This document shows positions 12,244-25,552 of a stretch of DNA of 64,000 bases, in pieces (position 1 is the stretch's first letter; every line of letters starts with the position of its first letter). The DNA is taken from NCBI GenBank assembly GCA_905178155.1, contig CAJINV010000001.1, positions 1,911,904-1,975,903 on the forward strand, given 5' to 3'. Source of the stretch: Amoebophrya sp. A120 (taxonomy: Eukaryota > Protista > Dinoflagellata). A model generated the notes under the pieces. The model made no database searches. It worked only from the letters and a program-made list of their open reading frames with translations, and had not been told where the DNA came from. The translations under genes and the position numbers were made by a program.

Positions 12244-15200
12244 CTATAGGATTTTCCGGAGGACGTAATTCAAAATCCCGCCGTGCTGGAAGTACTTGAG
12301 CTCCGGTGCGGTGTCCAAGCGGCTGACCACAGTGAACTTGGTTCCCGTGGTTTCGTATGCTGTGCAAAAACTATCCCACTTATCGAAGTCATGCATGGCA
12401 GATCTACCTTGTTGACCTAAGTCTGCATGACAAAACCCAATTTTCTTCTTGAAGAAGTTTGTCATGCGATTTCTACCAAGTGCGATATTTTTGCAATGCA
12501 TATTTCGCAGAGCACCTCGATGTCCATTCCGCAGTCCTTCAAGGCGGCCGGCAGGTCGATGGTAAATTGCTCCTTCCCGGTGAATATCCTGCGCAAAAGT
12601 ATCGCGCTCGTAGTAATTGCAGTTGGGCATTACAAATCTTTTTCCTAAGGTCAATCAGGATTACAAATTTCCATTTGTCATGCTGAGCCAATTTGTAATG
12701 CGATTACTACTCGTACAGCGATACTTTTGCAATGCATAGTGAACCCCAGCGTTTCCGCCGACTCGCCCTTCTTGAACTGCAGCGGCAGAATCCCCATCCC
12801 GACGAGATTACTTCGGTGGATCCGCTCGTAGCTCTGCGCGATCACGGCCTTGACGCCCTGGAGAAAGGGACCCTTCGCGGCCCAATCGCGGGAAGACCCC
12901 GACCCGTACTCGTTGCCAGCCATGATGATGGTGCCAAATCCCTCCTGCATGTACTTCTCTGCCGCATCGTACACGTCGAGAATCTCGCCGGACGGAACGT
13001 GCAGCGTCTGCGGACCGACTTTGCCTGAGTTGTGATAATGATAAAACTTGTGATTTATCGTAGAAGACTGAGCACTCACTCCCACTTGTAACTGAACTCG
13101 CATGTCTACAACTTGGCAAGCGTCATCTATCTGATGGTGCTGTCTCCATTTTCGCAAAGAGTCTTCATCAAATATTTCATTTTCAAAAAAAAATTGCATA
13201 TTAGTACCTGCCAACTTATTGACCAGTCTTATGTTCGCAAAGGTCCCGCGGGCCATCACTTCGTCGTTCCCGCGCCTCGAGCCGTAGCTGTTGAAGTCCT
13301 TCGGATCCACGCCCTTGCTGATCAAATACCGGCCGCCGGGGGAATTCTTCGTGATTTTCCCGGCCGGGGAAATGTGGTCGGTCGTGATCGAGTCTCCGCA
13401 GTTCAGCAGACAGTAAGCTTTCTCCAGCTTCACGATCGGGGTCGGGTCGACCAAAGTTGACTTGAAAAACGGCGGGTTGTGGATGTAGGTCGACGCTTCG
13501 TCCCAGGCGAATTGCGACCCCGTGGCGACTTCCAAATTGTTCCACCGGTCTGTTCCCTGCTTCATCTTCGCGTACACTTCCGTAAACACTTATCCACAGG
13601 AAATTTCATCCTACACACGTACCAATTTTTATGTGGCTTCCGCATGACAAAATTTTCCTTCAAACCTGTTCAGCATGACAAGCTGCTTCTTTTGAGGGTG
13701 ATGAAATTTGTGATGCATTTTGTACGTGTACAGAAGATTTGTATTGCATAACATCTCCGGCTGGACGCACTTCTTCTCGGTTTCCTCCACTAATTCCTTC
13801 GACGGCCAGATATCGGCGAGAAAGCAGTCGTTCCCGTCCTTGTCCTTCCCGAGCGGCTCCTTCTCGAAGTCAATCTGCAGCTTCCCGGCGAGTGCGTAGG
13901 CGACGACCAACGGAGGGGAAGCCAGGTAGTTGGCGCGGGTCAAGGGGTGGACACGACCCTCGAAATTTCGGTTTCCGGACAAGACCGCGCCGACCACCAA
14001 ATCCTTCTTCGTGATCGCATCCGCGACCTCCTCATCCAAGTCGCCGGAATTGCCGATGCAGGACTGGCACCCGAACCCGGTGGTGTAAAATCCGAGCTGT
14101 TCGAAGTACGGGAGGAGGTCGGCTTTCCGCAAGTACTGGTCAACGACCCCGGAACCCGGCGACAAGCTGGTTTTGACGTAGGGCTTCACGCGCAAACCCT
14201 TCAAATGCGCGGCCTTCGCGAGCAAGCCCGCGCCAAGCATCACGCCGGGATTGGACGTGTTGGTACAGGAGGTAATGGCGGCGAGGACGACGCTACCTGT
14301 AGTGAATATAAAATGTTGGACGATTCATCGTGTCCGGCCTTGTAATATCGCAAGGCATGTAATGAAGATATAAAGTGGTCCACACATCCTGACTGCTCGA
14401 CTTCAAGTTAAACGTCCATCTCCAACTACATGCAAGGATTTTTATACCGTGGCTCAACTCGAACTCCTCTCCATTCCCACTGTAGGTAAAGCTACTTGTG
14501 TCTGATAGGACAGCATCACCCAAGCCGAATCCCTTGAACCCGACTGGCGCGGTGAGGCATTTGGTGAAGTCGGACGGCATGTCGGACAGGGCAACACGGT
14601 CGTGCGGACGCTTGGGACCGGACACGCAGGGGACGACCGTGGACAGATCGAGCTCCAGGATTTGGGTGTACTCCACTGGGTCCTGGAAAATTGTTTATAT
14701 CAAAAATTGAAATACGTGGATCCTCGTTGAAAAATGCTTCTCTACTTACAAGCTGCATCAATCTTGACGCGCTATGTTGACTCCAAGTGTGGTCGTAAAT
14801 TGTCAAACCGAACAAGTCCAATCCTCAACATCAGTACTAAATTCCTACCTCCTTCCCCTCACCATATTCTCGGAACAGGCCCTGTGCGCGCAGATACTGT
14901 TCCACCAGCTTGATTTTCTCTTCGGACCGACCCGTTTGCCTCAGGTAGATCATCGCCTGTTCGTCCACTGGGAAAAAGCCCATCGTCGCGCCATACTCTG
15001 GGGCCATGTTCGCGATGGTGGCGCGATCGGCCAAAGTCAAATTTGCGCACCCGTCGCCGAAGAATTCGACGAATTTCCCCACCACGCCGAGCTTCCGCAG
15101 CATCGCGACGCAGGTGATGACCAGATCCGTGGCAACGACGGTCGGCTTCAAAGTCCCGGTGAGTTTGAACCCGACCACCTCGGGCAAGACCATGCTGATC

Positions 15201-16304
15201 GCCTGTCCCAGCATCACCGCCTCTGCCTCAATCCCGCCGACGCCCCACCCCGCGATACCCAACCCGTCGATCATGGTGGTGTGCGAATCCGTGCCGACGA
15301 GGGAATCCGGGTAGAGAGTGGAGTACTCATTCTCGAACACGACGCGGGCCAGGTACTCCAGGTTGTATGCATTGCAAAAGTATCGCAATCATGGTTTACT
15401 GATTGCCGTATATGCATGACAAATCTTCTTCTTAGGGTAAAACAGCATGACAAATTCCATTTGTCATGCAGAGCAAATTTGTAATGCAATAACTACTAAT
15501 ACGACACATTTGCAGTGCATAGGTTGACTTGGTGCACAATGCCGGACCCGGGCGGAACGATGGTCATGTTTTGAAACGCCTGCGCGCCCCACTTCAGGAA
15601 CGCAAACCGCTCCTTGTTGCGCATAAACTCGATTTCTTGGTTTTTCTCCAAAGCGGAAGCGTCGCGGGACACGTCCACTTGGACGCTGTGATCGATCACC
15701 TGTAGTTGTGCGAAGCATGTAAGACTAAGATAATTGTTTGCGAAGATAGGAATTCTAAGTTCCAACTTGAAAACTTCCTAGCAACTGAGCAATAGCCCAT
15801 GGTAAGTACCAGATCCGCGGGCACCAGCGGGTTAATCTTGTCCGGATCGCCACCAAGCCGTGCCATGGCATCCCGCATCGCAGCGAAGTCAACCACGGCG
15901 GGAACGCCGGTAAAATCCTGCAGCAACACCCGGGCGGGCTTGAACGGTACCTCCTGCTGGTCCTTACTTGTGGTTTTCCAGTTCAAAATGTTTTCCACAT
16001 CGGCAGTTTTCACTTCAAACCCGTCGCAGTTGCGCACGGCCGATTCCAGCAAAATCCGGATACTGTAGGGCAAAGACGCGATCCGCGGATCGTTCAGTGC
16101 CGGGAGCGAAAAGTAGTACTTTTTCGTCCCCGGCAACTCCTTCAAGCACTTCGCGGCAAACGGGTTGGCTTCGTGCGACTGCGAGCGCTGGCTCATCAGC
16201 TGTGGGGGAATGTTGGACCCCTCGGGGGCTGCGTTGGCCGCGGCGGTGTCGTCGCCGCCACCGACACAGCAGAGACCAGACTTTTTTTTCGGGGAGGATG
16301 TCAT
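12244..16304 (-). CDS. ACO1: Aconitate hydratase (AcnA/IRP1-like type)
   Basis: Motifs [100 protein letters not shown] introns 15700-15809, 14683-14848, 14297-14447, 13025-13207, plus 4 introner introns. Confidence 0.97.
12356..12502. mobile_element. Introner family A (147 bp) in aconitase
   Basis: TSD tttcg on both sides; tatgc...gcata; removal gives VLCE|TTGTKF. Confidence 0.9.
12585..12738. mobile_element. Introner family A (154 bp) in aconitase
   Basis: TSD gtgaa; TIR core gcaaaagtatcgc; removal gives LGFT|GKEQFTI. Confidence 0.9.
13591..13750. mobile_element. Introner family E (160 bp) in aconitase
   Basis: TSD acact/acatc; removal gives QPEM|FTEVY. Confidence 0.9.
15366..15521. mobile_element. 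Introner family A (156 bp) in aconitase
   Basis: TSD ggttg; removal gives the invariant HQVNL|EYLA. Confidence 0.92.
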
Positions 16305-17348
16305 TTTTGGATTGGGACTGTGTTTTTTTCTTCAAACGTGCGAAACTTAGTACTCGATGTCGTGCGGGTTATTTGTACAAAAGAAATTCAAGAAGTTTCT
16401 ATTTTGCACGTGGAAAGAGAAAGTGAAGGTGAAGAACAAAAATGCAACTTGAAACGTGTTGATATTCGCTACTAGTTCTACAGAAGTATTGCTATCTTTA
16501 TCACTGTCAGAGCTGCATAGACAAGTAGGAAGGCAGCGAAATTCTCACTATCCATCTTGATGTAGTGAATGATGATTTAATCATCTAAACACAAATACTA
16601 ATAGTATTTGTGTTTATTTTTTGATGTTTTTCACAGAGTATTTCGGTACCGACTTTGATGATTTAAAGCCAGATGAGCATGAGGGAGGTTATTAGTCGCC
16701 TACTGCTACGACACTTCGCTTCTTCTTTGTCTGTACTTACACTTACACGAATCTGAGTGACAATGAGACTACTTCGGCACGACCTCTATCTTTGGGAAGA
16801 CTAGTAAAGCCGCTTTCTGTACATGGGAATCTTGGGTAGCTGCACTCATCAACGCCGCAAGAGTTTTTGCTTTAGCTCAGTCAGCAGTACCTCATCACAA
16901 CTCTCCATCTTGCTGCTCATGAGGATCTATAAAAAATACGCGAAACGCTAGCGCTAGGCTCGTCTAATTGACATGTTTTAGGGGAAGTTACTACAACAAC
17001 TTCTCAACAAGCTCTCACCAAAGTACTCAGGAGAACAACGTTTTTGCCCAGGAGGTAGATGCCCTCCTCGCTGCTTTCTGGAAGACTAGGCAACGCAGAC
17101 GCAGTGTCGCCCTAGTACAACACAGCGACGCGCGATGCAGTGCTTACGCTTAGAGGACTCTTCTATACTTCGTTCGACATTCACGCGAAAGCTGAAGATT
17201 GCAGCTCACCGCAAGAACAAACTAGCCGCGATTCGTCGTGCAATGTGTTCCACTCGAGTTCGAGTTCGTTGTTGTGTCAGCTGTTGCTGTAGCGTAATGA
17301 AGGAGCAGGAGCACCCTGATTGGATGTGAAAACTACATCCGTCACCAT

Positions 17349-20300
17349 CTACTTCGGCATCGCACTGATCGCCTGTTTCACCTCGGCCTCCTTCGCGGGG
17401 TCCGCCAAAAACACCGAGTCTAGCCCTTCCTCGCCGGCGTATTCCTTGCAAAAGGCCACGGTGTCCTCCGCCGCAGCCGTCTCGATTGCCGCGATCTTTT
17501 TCTTTGCGTCCTCCAGGGAGATCTCCACCTTCTGCTCCCATTTTGCCTTCATTTCCTCGATGTACTGGGTGTAGACCGGTCTCATGGGGCCGTCCGGCTT
17601 GAGTCGCCGCAGAAAAGCGTCCGCCACGGGCTCGTCGGGCAGGTTGAACCAAGAACCTCGTCGGGAAGAAATTTTTTGGAGTTTAAACTTTGTGAACAAA
17701 GGCAAAAATAGATGGCTTTATCTTCTTTGATCCTCCTTTATTACACTGAAGACATTGGCGGGTAAGACAATCTTCCCAGCGGCGAGCGCATCACAAACCC
17801 AAACACCAACATGGTGCGTCAAGACATTGATTTTGCTCTTCGATAACGATATCCATACCGAATTGAAAGCATTAGCATACACTTTAGTTGTTCGGCTTTT
17901 ATGCCGTGCTGGATAAGGTTATACAGCATGCTACTGCAACCCGTGAGCTGACGGGTGAAAATTTGCATCCATCGCAGCATGCAGAGTAAAGTTACTCCGC
18001 ATGCTACGATGTACGTACTAAAGAAGAAGGATTATCTTCAGGTATTTATATATACCTCCAAGCGCCGATTTCCGCTGCTCCAACATTTCACAGAACTCCG
18101 TGACCATTACCGAATAAAGCGGATGCATGGTTTCGCCCGCTTGCAACAGGTAGGTCTTTCCAGCCTCCGCCGGTTGGATCTGGTTAGCATCTCCTCGGAC
18201 GTAAAAGAACGCGTTGACATCATCTCCAATCGAGTAGAGCTTCCCCTTCCCGCCCGCTTTGGTCACGGCATCCAGTTGTGCCGCGGATTGCACAGGAATG
18301 CCTTCGCTGAGGAACATGTAGTCTGACATCAGACGAGCAACCTGATGTGGGTTTTACAATGTTAGAGCCCGATGAACATTCCGTCTCGCGTGCGGCTCGT
18401 ACAGCGGTAAAGTTTCGTAAAAGCATCGTGGGGCAACGAACATAAAGATCATCGAGTCGTGCAGCTAATGATTATAAGTACAACCGAGACCAACACCAAC
18501 CAAAACCAAGTGCGAAACTAAAGCTACTCACTTACTGAACCGCGTCTATTTCACATGTACCTGCATCTCCACGTACGAATTCTCCTTTCCGATATGGAAA
18601 GAAAAAAGTTTATCACAGTCACGAACTTGCAGGTTTTGCATTACAAATTTTTTTAGCATCACAAGTTTTCCTTGTATTGCAGAAACACTAGGGAAATCCC
18701 CTATGAAGCTTGGCTGTCATGCATTTTTACGCATGACAGCCAATTTTGTATTGCAAAAATGCGCATGAGTGATCGTGACGAACTTTTTTTGTTTGATATC
18801 CGATCATCTTGCTGTAATACGCCTCGCCTCCGCCCACCAGATCGTGCGGACAGAATTCCAAATCTAACTCCCTATCAAAAGAAAAAAGTTCGTCACGATC
18901 ACTCATGGGCATTTTTGCAAGACAAAACTTTCTGTCATGCGTAAAAATGCATCACAGCCACACTTCATAAGGAATTTCCCTAGTGTTTCTGCAATACAAG
19001 GAGAAGCTGTGACGCAAAAAAAGTTTGTAATGCAAAAGCTGCAACTTAGTGACTGTGACAAACTTTTTTCTCTCCATACTCCCGCAATAGCTTGTACTCC
19101 TGCAGGGCTCTTCTGCGCTTCTGCAAGAGTTCCAAACATTTGAACTTCTTCTCGTAGATGTCGTTGTACCAGCTGTGGGGCATGTATCCACAAAAAAAGA
19201 CCCATGATCCCCATCTAATTTGTCATGTACAACATGTACATGGTGCATAAAGTCCAGTGTTTGTCATGTAAAAAATGGATGGCGATGGGCCATTTTTCCT
19301 GGATAGCATAGTCTCCGGGAACACCCGGGCGTCGCCGCCGGTCTTGGTGAGGTAGTAGATCATGTGCTCCACGAAGACGCCTTCATGGAAGCGTCAGGTT
19401 TGAAATCGTTAAAGTTGAAATAATTTGTAATGCATAAAATGCGACACAAAGAGTGACTCTATTGCAGAGGACCCACGTGAGGCAGGTTATAGTCCTGGCA
19501 AGGGTCAAAAGTTGGACTGCTAACTAGCATGACAGAAGGCAGCTCTTTTGCCCTAAACCGCATGACAGACTCTTTTCCAGGACCGGGAAAATTTGTCATG
19601 CACCGACAACAAACTGTAGGTCTAACCGGTATCCGTTTTATGCATGACAAGTTATTTCAACTTTGACGATTTCAAACCTGACACATCCATAGCCTTTGAA
19701 ATAGCTGTAGTACTCGTAGCTGGGGCGCTGGTAGAGAAGCTTCGTGCGCGGGTGCGACTCGTCGTGAAGCTTGAAATTCTTCATCATATCTGGTGGGTCG
19801 TATGGGGGTGTGCGGTTTTGTTTTTCAAACGGTCTTTATGTAGTTTAATTGTATCGTCACATCATGCACCTCCTTGCGAATCATGATTATGGTGTTCTGG
19901 AGCGCTTCTGTCTTGCAAGAATTACATCATCGAGTTTCAGTTTATTGTGTTTGATGTTCGAATAATTCACCTAGAAGATCTTCACATGATATACCTGATT
20001 TGACTTTCTCGTCGTATTCTTTCGACTCTGGGTCTTCCGTCGCGCAGTCCAAGTGATTGTGGTAGTAGTGATGCTTTTCCACAAACGCCTGCCAATACTG
20101 ATCGACATCGAGCCACTCCTGCGTCGAGACCGTGTTTATTGGCGGGTTGTTGTAGCTGATATACAGCGCTTTTGCGCCGTTTGCCACGATCTCCTCGGAT
20201 TTCTGCACGCTTTTGTGCGCTGCAGCCACTGCACCCTCGTAGACGGCCTGGTGTGTTTTTAAGTGTGGGGCTTTATGTACATATTTTGGCTGATAATTAT

Positions 20301-20872
20301 AATCAAAGCGTCAGCATAGAATCCTGAATGACGTTACACACCACGGTGTCATGGCTATGTAATTACAGCAGTCACTATAGCGTGCAGAATAACATTACTC
20401 GCGATGGTGTTCCTGCTGTTGTTTGTATGTTGCGTACACACAATGACAATGAGGTGTGCCTATGTTGTAGCACGGCAGGAAAGCTGACCATTATCAATCT
20501 GTATCTGTATACTTTTGTCACAAGAAGAAGAAGAACAATAAAAAGCTCATGAAACAAGAATACGTCCCAGCTCTTTGGTCTGCAGTCCTTGGCAACCGCT
20601 GTTGTGTGATCTTCGGCCAACAAGCCATCCAGCATTTTCAGCTGCTCGTCATGGTAGGCCTTCAAGTTTTGCACCAGATCCTGGTGCTGAATAGACGACG
20701 TGTATTTTGCCCAGTCGATCTTGTCAGCCGGCGTACTCGTACTGGTAGACACAACCTCGGAAGTGTGCGCATCTGCCATTTTCGCCACCCGAAAAGCAGC
20801 GACATCGGCGTCGCGGGTCGCAAACTCCTGGAGCCCGTGCCAGTTAAACCGTCTCACTCCGCGACGCAGCAT
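17349..20872 (-). CDS. ATP5PD: Mitochondrial ATP synthase subunit d, long myzozoan (Toxoplasma-like) type
   Basis: IDWAKY motif, EWLDVDQYWQAFVEKHH, VFVEHMIYYLTKTGGD, ARLMSDYMFL, GKGKLYSIGDDVNA and AFLRRL recall the apicomplexan subunit d (from memory, needs BLAST). GT-AG introns 20248-20563, 19790-19994, 18342-18560, 17657-18055, plus 4 introners. Confidence 0.85.
18593..18798. mobile_element. Introner family D (206 bp)
   Basis: TSD tccga; removal gives KMIG|KENSY; inverted copy of 18873-19078. Confidence 0.9.
18873..19078. mobile_element. Introner family D (206 bp), opposite orientation to its neighbour
   Basis: TSD ctccc; removal gives LLRE|LDLEF. Confidence 0.9.
19185..19305. mobile_element. 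Introner singleton (121 bp)
   Basis: tatcca...tggata; TSD gcatg/gcata; removal gives PETM|PHSW. Confidence 0.85.
19384..19691. mobile_element. Introner family C (308 bp, ~55-bp TIR)
   Basis: TSD gcctt; TIR gtcaggtttgaaatcgt.aaagttgaaataa; removal gives YFKG|VFVEH. Confidence 0.92.
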
Positions 20873-22090
20873 GTTGGTCGTGCTGGAGCTTTTTTTCGAG
20901 AGGGACGCAGTGGTCGCAAGGATCGTCGCGCAGTGCGGTTCTGCCGTGGCTTTCGCAAAATTCGGCCGCCGAGTCGTCCGTGGGCGCTACCTGTTCTAGC
21001 AGTATAAGAGACAGTGGTACGCAGCTAGTTCTTTCGGCATCTTTTTCGCTGGCTAGACCATCGAGTTTGCCAATGGGTAAATGAGCAACAAAAGTCGTTG
21101 GAAACGGATGGTTGCTGGGAGCGGCGGAAAGAACTCTAGAATGCTTCAACGTCCACGGCCACGAGCACGGCGGGGTGCCGATGAGACAAAAAACAAGAAT
21201 CCAACGTACTCGACTCTAGGTATCCTACCTCTCAATCAAGAAAAACAAAGACAAACTGTAATGAAGCAGAACACGATGACATCTGGGAAATGCGGGGGTC
21301 TTCAGACATGGCCAAGCATTCGTGTGACAGGAGCGTACGGGCACGCGACAACGTGCACGAACGACAAGGACAACAACAATCCTGTCACTGCTGATCGTTC
21401 ATTTAACAAGAACCAAAACTTTCGAAAGTAAAACAGCTGCGTTCATGATCTGAGTCATGTTCATGCTTGTGTTCATGTTCTCAAATAAGCGAGCAGGCTT
21501 CGTCACAGGGGTGACGAAGCAGAGAGAGCCCTTCATATGGAAGGCATAGCGTAAGTAATTAGCATCTTCCTTGTCTTTCTCGATGATGTTTTGCTACCAG
21601 TGCACGCACAGCAACATCCATCCTGTCGTGCCGTAGCCAAGGCCGCGCCCGCGGGCGGTGCAAGGACGAAGCAGGAAACTAGAAGCCCGATTGAAATTAA
21701 GTCCAAAGCTCATCACTGTTATCCAGATCATGCTCCACCGAGACCAAGGTTTTCTTTTCGATCCACCTGCTCCTCTTGCCGGCCTTCCGCTTGCTTCAGC
21801 ATTTTGGAGATGACGGAAAAGTTGCGAAATCGACCGTGACGCGTCCCACGCAGTTCTGTGCATGATGAGAACTCCACTTCTTGCAATTGCGCCACGCTGA
21901 GATGAAACTCGAGGCTGTATCAGAGATTGCACCTTAATGGTACCGCGGCGTACGGGCACGCTGAAATTCCACCGCCGGCACCACCACAACATGCTCGCAC
22001 CGCTATCACGAACACCAACACGACTTTCAACGTAACCTAAACCTTGCGGCCCTACCGGTCGTCATCTTTGCCGGCCTGCGCAAAATCATG

Positions 22091-23480
22091 TCACGCCTTG
22101 CCTTTTCCCACTGCCGCCGCCGCAGAGCCCGCTGGTCCATTTCCCGCCAATTTTGGAAAAGGACAGGGCATCGGCGGCCCGCGCTCGTGGTTCCATATAC
22201 ACATGGTCCGGTCCCAGCTCCCGGAGACCATCAAACCAGCTTCGAAAAGTGAGAAGTCCAGGCCGATCACAAATTCCTGGTGGTGGTCGAAGGATTGCAC
22301 GAGCTGCATGATCGACAGATCCCACATTTTCACACTCATATCGTAGCTCACTGACCCCACCAGCTGCGGCTTGTGCGGGTGGGTCTTTATTCTGCGAACC
22401 GCGAGCTGGTGCCCGAAAAGGGTCGCTAGTGGTGCGTTGTTTTTCCGCAAATCCCACACCCGGATCGTTTTGTCGATGCTACCCGTTAGAAATTGATTCT
22501 GGTCGTACTTCGACCAATCCCCAGACAGCACTTCAAACTGGTGCGCTTGGATAGCTTGCGCGGGCCTCGTGTTGGCTGGGGTTTTGAGATCGTAGATGAA
22601 GAGGCAGCCGTCGCCGCCGACGGAGGCGAACATCGTGCCATGGTGAGGGGACCAACACGCGTGGTAGCCAACAGAAGTGTGTGAGCGGTACCTGCAGTGA
22701 GGATTTTTGGTTTTCGGGTTTTCGAGCAGAATTTTTCCATTCTCGCTTCAAATTGGAAAGCTAAAAACGAGAAGGCTAGGACGAAATGGAAGTCGAAGAA
22801 TCATCAAGTAATACCTTGTCGTAACCTGTCCCGTGTTGAGGTCAAACACCGCGTTACTTTTGTCCCAGGAAGCCGTACAGAGCAGATTCCGTATGTGGCA
22901 GTTCCAGTGCACGGCGTACACCTCTTGCTCGTGGGCCCGGATGCTCAGCAACGGGCCGCGGGGCTGCTTGACGTCGAAGATCTTCAAAGTCCCGTCGCCC
23001 TGACAACTGGCAAACACGTGCTCGTTTTCCTCGGACCAGGCCACGTCGTAGACATATGCGAGTGCACAACTCACCCTCACCGTCGCGTCAGCCTTATTTG
23101 AATTTGTATAGGCATGATCAGCAATAGAAACACAAGGACCGACACGTGAATCCTGTGCATGACAAATTTATGCGCCAACTGTAGTACTGTTTGGGCTTCT
23201 AGAATTTGTTATGCAAACAGTGCTACATGGCAGCAACTGGGTTTGGGATTTTGCACGACAAACGAGAGGAATGGGGAGTTGTGCACTGTCATAAGACACC
23301 GTCCTGGGTCAAAAACTCGACCTGCGGCACCCACTGCCCGTTCTGGAAGAGAAACACCTGCGCCTTGCCGTTCCCGGTGATCCCGTAGTACTGAGCGGCG
23401 CCCATGAGCAGCAGGTCGCCGTGAAACGGCGAGAACTCCGTAGCATGGACGGCAAAGTTGCTGCTCACCCAGGACGACAT
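22091..23480 (-). CDS. PEX7: Peroxisomal targeting signal 2 receptor (WD40)
   Basis: FSPF...AAQYYGITGNG, YDVAWSEENEH, DWSKYD, LFGHQLAVRRIK, SVSYDMSVKMWD, HHQEFVIGLDFS. GT-AG intron 22692-22814; introner at 23055-23293. Confidence 0.93.
23055..23293. mobile_element. Introner family G (239 bp) in PEX7
   Basis: TSD agaca; TIR tatg..agtgcacaactc; removal gives QDGV|YDVAWSE. Confidence 0.9.
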
Positions 23481-25552
23481 CTTCTTTGATGTGGTACCAA
23501 TAATAGCCGCCTCAGCGGGGGTAGTGAGGTCATGGCGGCTTTTTTGTCTTCACGCCGAAAAAAGACGCGAATTCTCTGCCCACCGTGCCACCGTGAGTAA
23601 TGTCATGCAGGATGGCACGGCGGTCGCTAAAAATCCCGATCCAGAACTGGCCTCCCTTTGGTTTCGAATCGGAAAACCTTCCCCGCATGCTATGGACCCG
23701 CCAGGGCCCCCGCCAGGGTCGGCCGCTTGGGAGCCCCAAATCGGGCACATAGCATGCGGATTGGCTTTCTGCTTTTGGCGGACTTTGGTTTTTATTGTTC
23801 TTTTTTGTCAAAATGCCGCGTCTTCTGTCCTTGAGTCCGCCTCTGAAATGGCGGATTTTGGTGGCGTCTTTTGCGAGGCCCGAATGTGGGCCAAAATGAG
23901 GCCCATACTATGCGGATTCGCTGCTTTTTTCGGAGTGCTGCTTTTTGGGCATCCCTTTTAGGGCGCCCCAAATCGACGGAAACAGACGCGCCGGGCGCCT
24001 CAGAAGGGCGCCCCTTTTGCCGGCTCCCCTGCGTCGTTTCATCAAGCGGGAATCGATAGAATCCGCTCGGGCTATTTTGCCGCTAAAGCCCTGGCCGCTT
24101 GATATTTGAAAATCTTTTATGTCCAAAAACACCTCCGGCCGCTTCAAAACTGCCGGTCGTTTTGGATGAGACCTGGCAAAAAAACAGCTAGGATAGAACG
24201 TTCGTGACCTCACTACATACCACACTGCTGATCAGAAGTCGCTCTGCGGAAGATGTGGTCTTCTGCTTGGAAGGATCTTCACTTGAAGATTGATTCTGAT
24301 TCAACAAATGGACGATATCACTTAGTGGATTTGTTCATGACAAAAAAAACAATCGCGGGAGACATCCAAATGGTCACGAAGAGGGCATGCATACCCATTT
24401 CGACAACCACAGACATCTTTTGTTCCGGCGGCCGCGGAAGGAATTGTGAGAAGCAATGGTAAAGATGCCAAAGAATAAAGTTATTTAAACTTAATACTCG
24501 TCAAAAGTAAGTTTGAGCTTCATTTCTATACTCGTCAAAAAATCAAGTGGCGATAAGTATTGGCACTGTGATTTTTTTTTTTCAAAATAAATCTGCTAGC
24601 GTTCAACTACATCAGTTTCTACTTTATTGATTGTTCACGAACCGACTTGAGCAGCTCCTGAGCTGCGGTTTGCAAAAAGGAATCAAATTCTGGAAGCGAC
24701 GCTGCCGTTCCTGAAAAAAGAATCACATCTTTCCGGTTCTTGTGTTTGCGGCCAACTCACGACGCTGCCGCTGCCTGGTGGAAAGCCTTTGACGGTCCTC
24801 GTCACCGCACATCCGCATGCGATTAGGTTTAGGAATATTTGAAAAACAAAAATATATCATACGGAGAAGCATGTTAGCTCTACTCATAAACGAACAGCAC
24901 CTGCGCAGAGCTATGCAGGGTCATCCGCTGCGCACCACGACCACAGTGCAGCGCAGTTGATTTCACTTCAGGGTGGATAATTCTTGAGGCAATGGCTCAA
25001 AATATCGCAACGCAACAGTCCAGCGATTTGCCTGCGTGGTCAATTTCAACTTTCTGAGAGAACTAATTTGATACGTACGGGCTACGTACAAAAGATGGGA
25101 TGCGACTTATGGAAGTCGCTGGCCTGGGTGGGGTACACCACAAGAGGCTGAATTTTCTGGGAAAAGGGCACATCAGAGAAAGAAACAGTGGCCGGAAACT
25201 GCCTGAAACAGATGAAACTCAACTGCAACAGTTAAAAATCTATGTGAGTCTGACTGTGAGAACAAAAAAATGTGTGAGTGTTTGACATCGACTTTTCAAC
25301 TGGAAAACTACGTGACTAGATCTAGCTACTCTTGTTTGAATATTTCTTCTGCATATGCATTGAAACTAGTGAGACCTTTATGAGATTCTTGGTGATATGT
25401 TTTATTCTTGGACGAGGTTCAAATTACATGGACATCCTAAATTTTTAGTGTAGTTTTACTATTTCAAAGAAAAGAAACTTACGGCTATGGTTATGAAAGA
25501 TAAAATGCTGTTTGTGACAGATTTACCTAGTCTTTTCGTGTCTAGAAGTTTT

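Noticed and set aside
12244-20872. Aconitase and ATP synthase d as pseudogenes or as users of stop-codon readthrough
   Set aside because: All stops and frameshifts fall within GT-AG introns or TSD-flanked elements; the joined exons are uninterrupted under the standard code.
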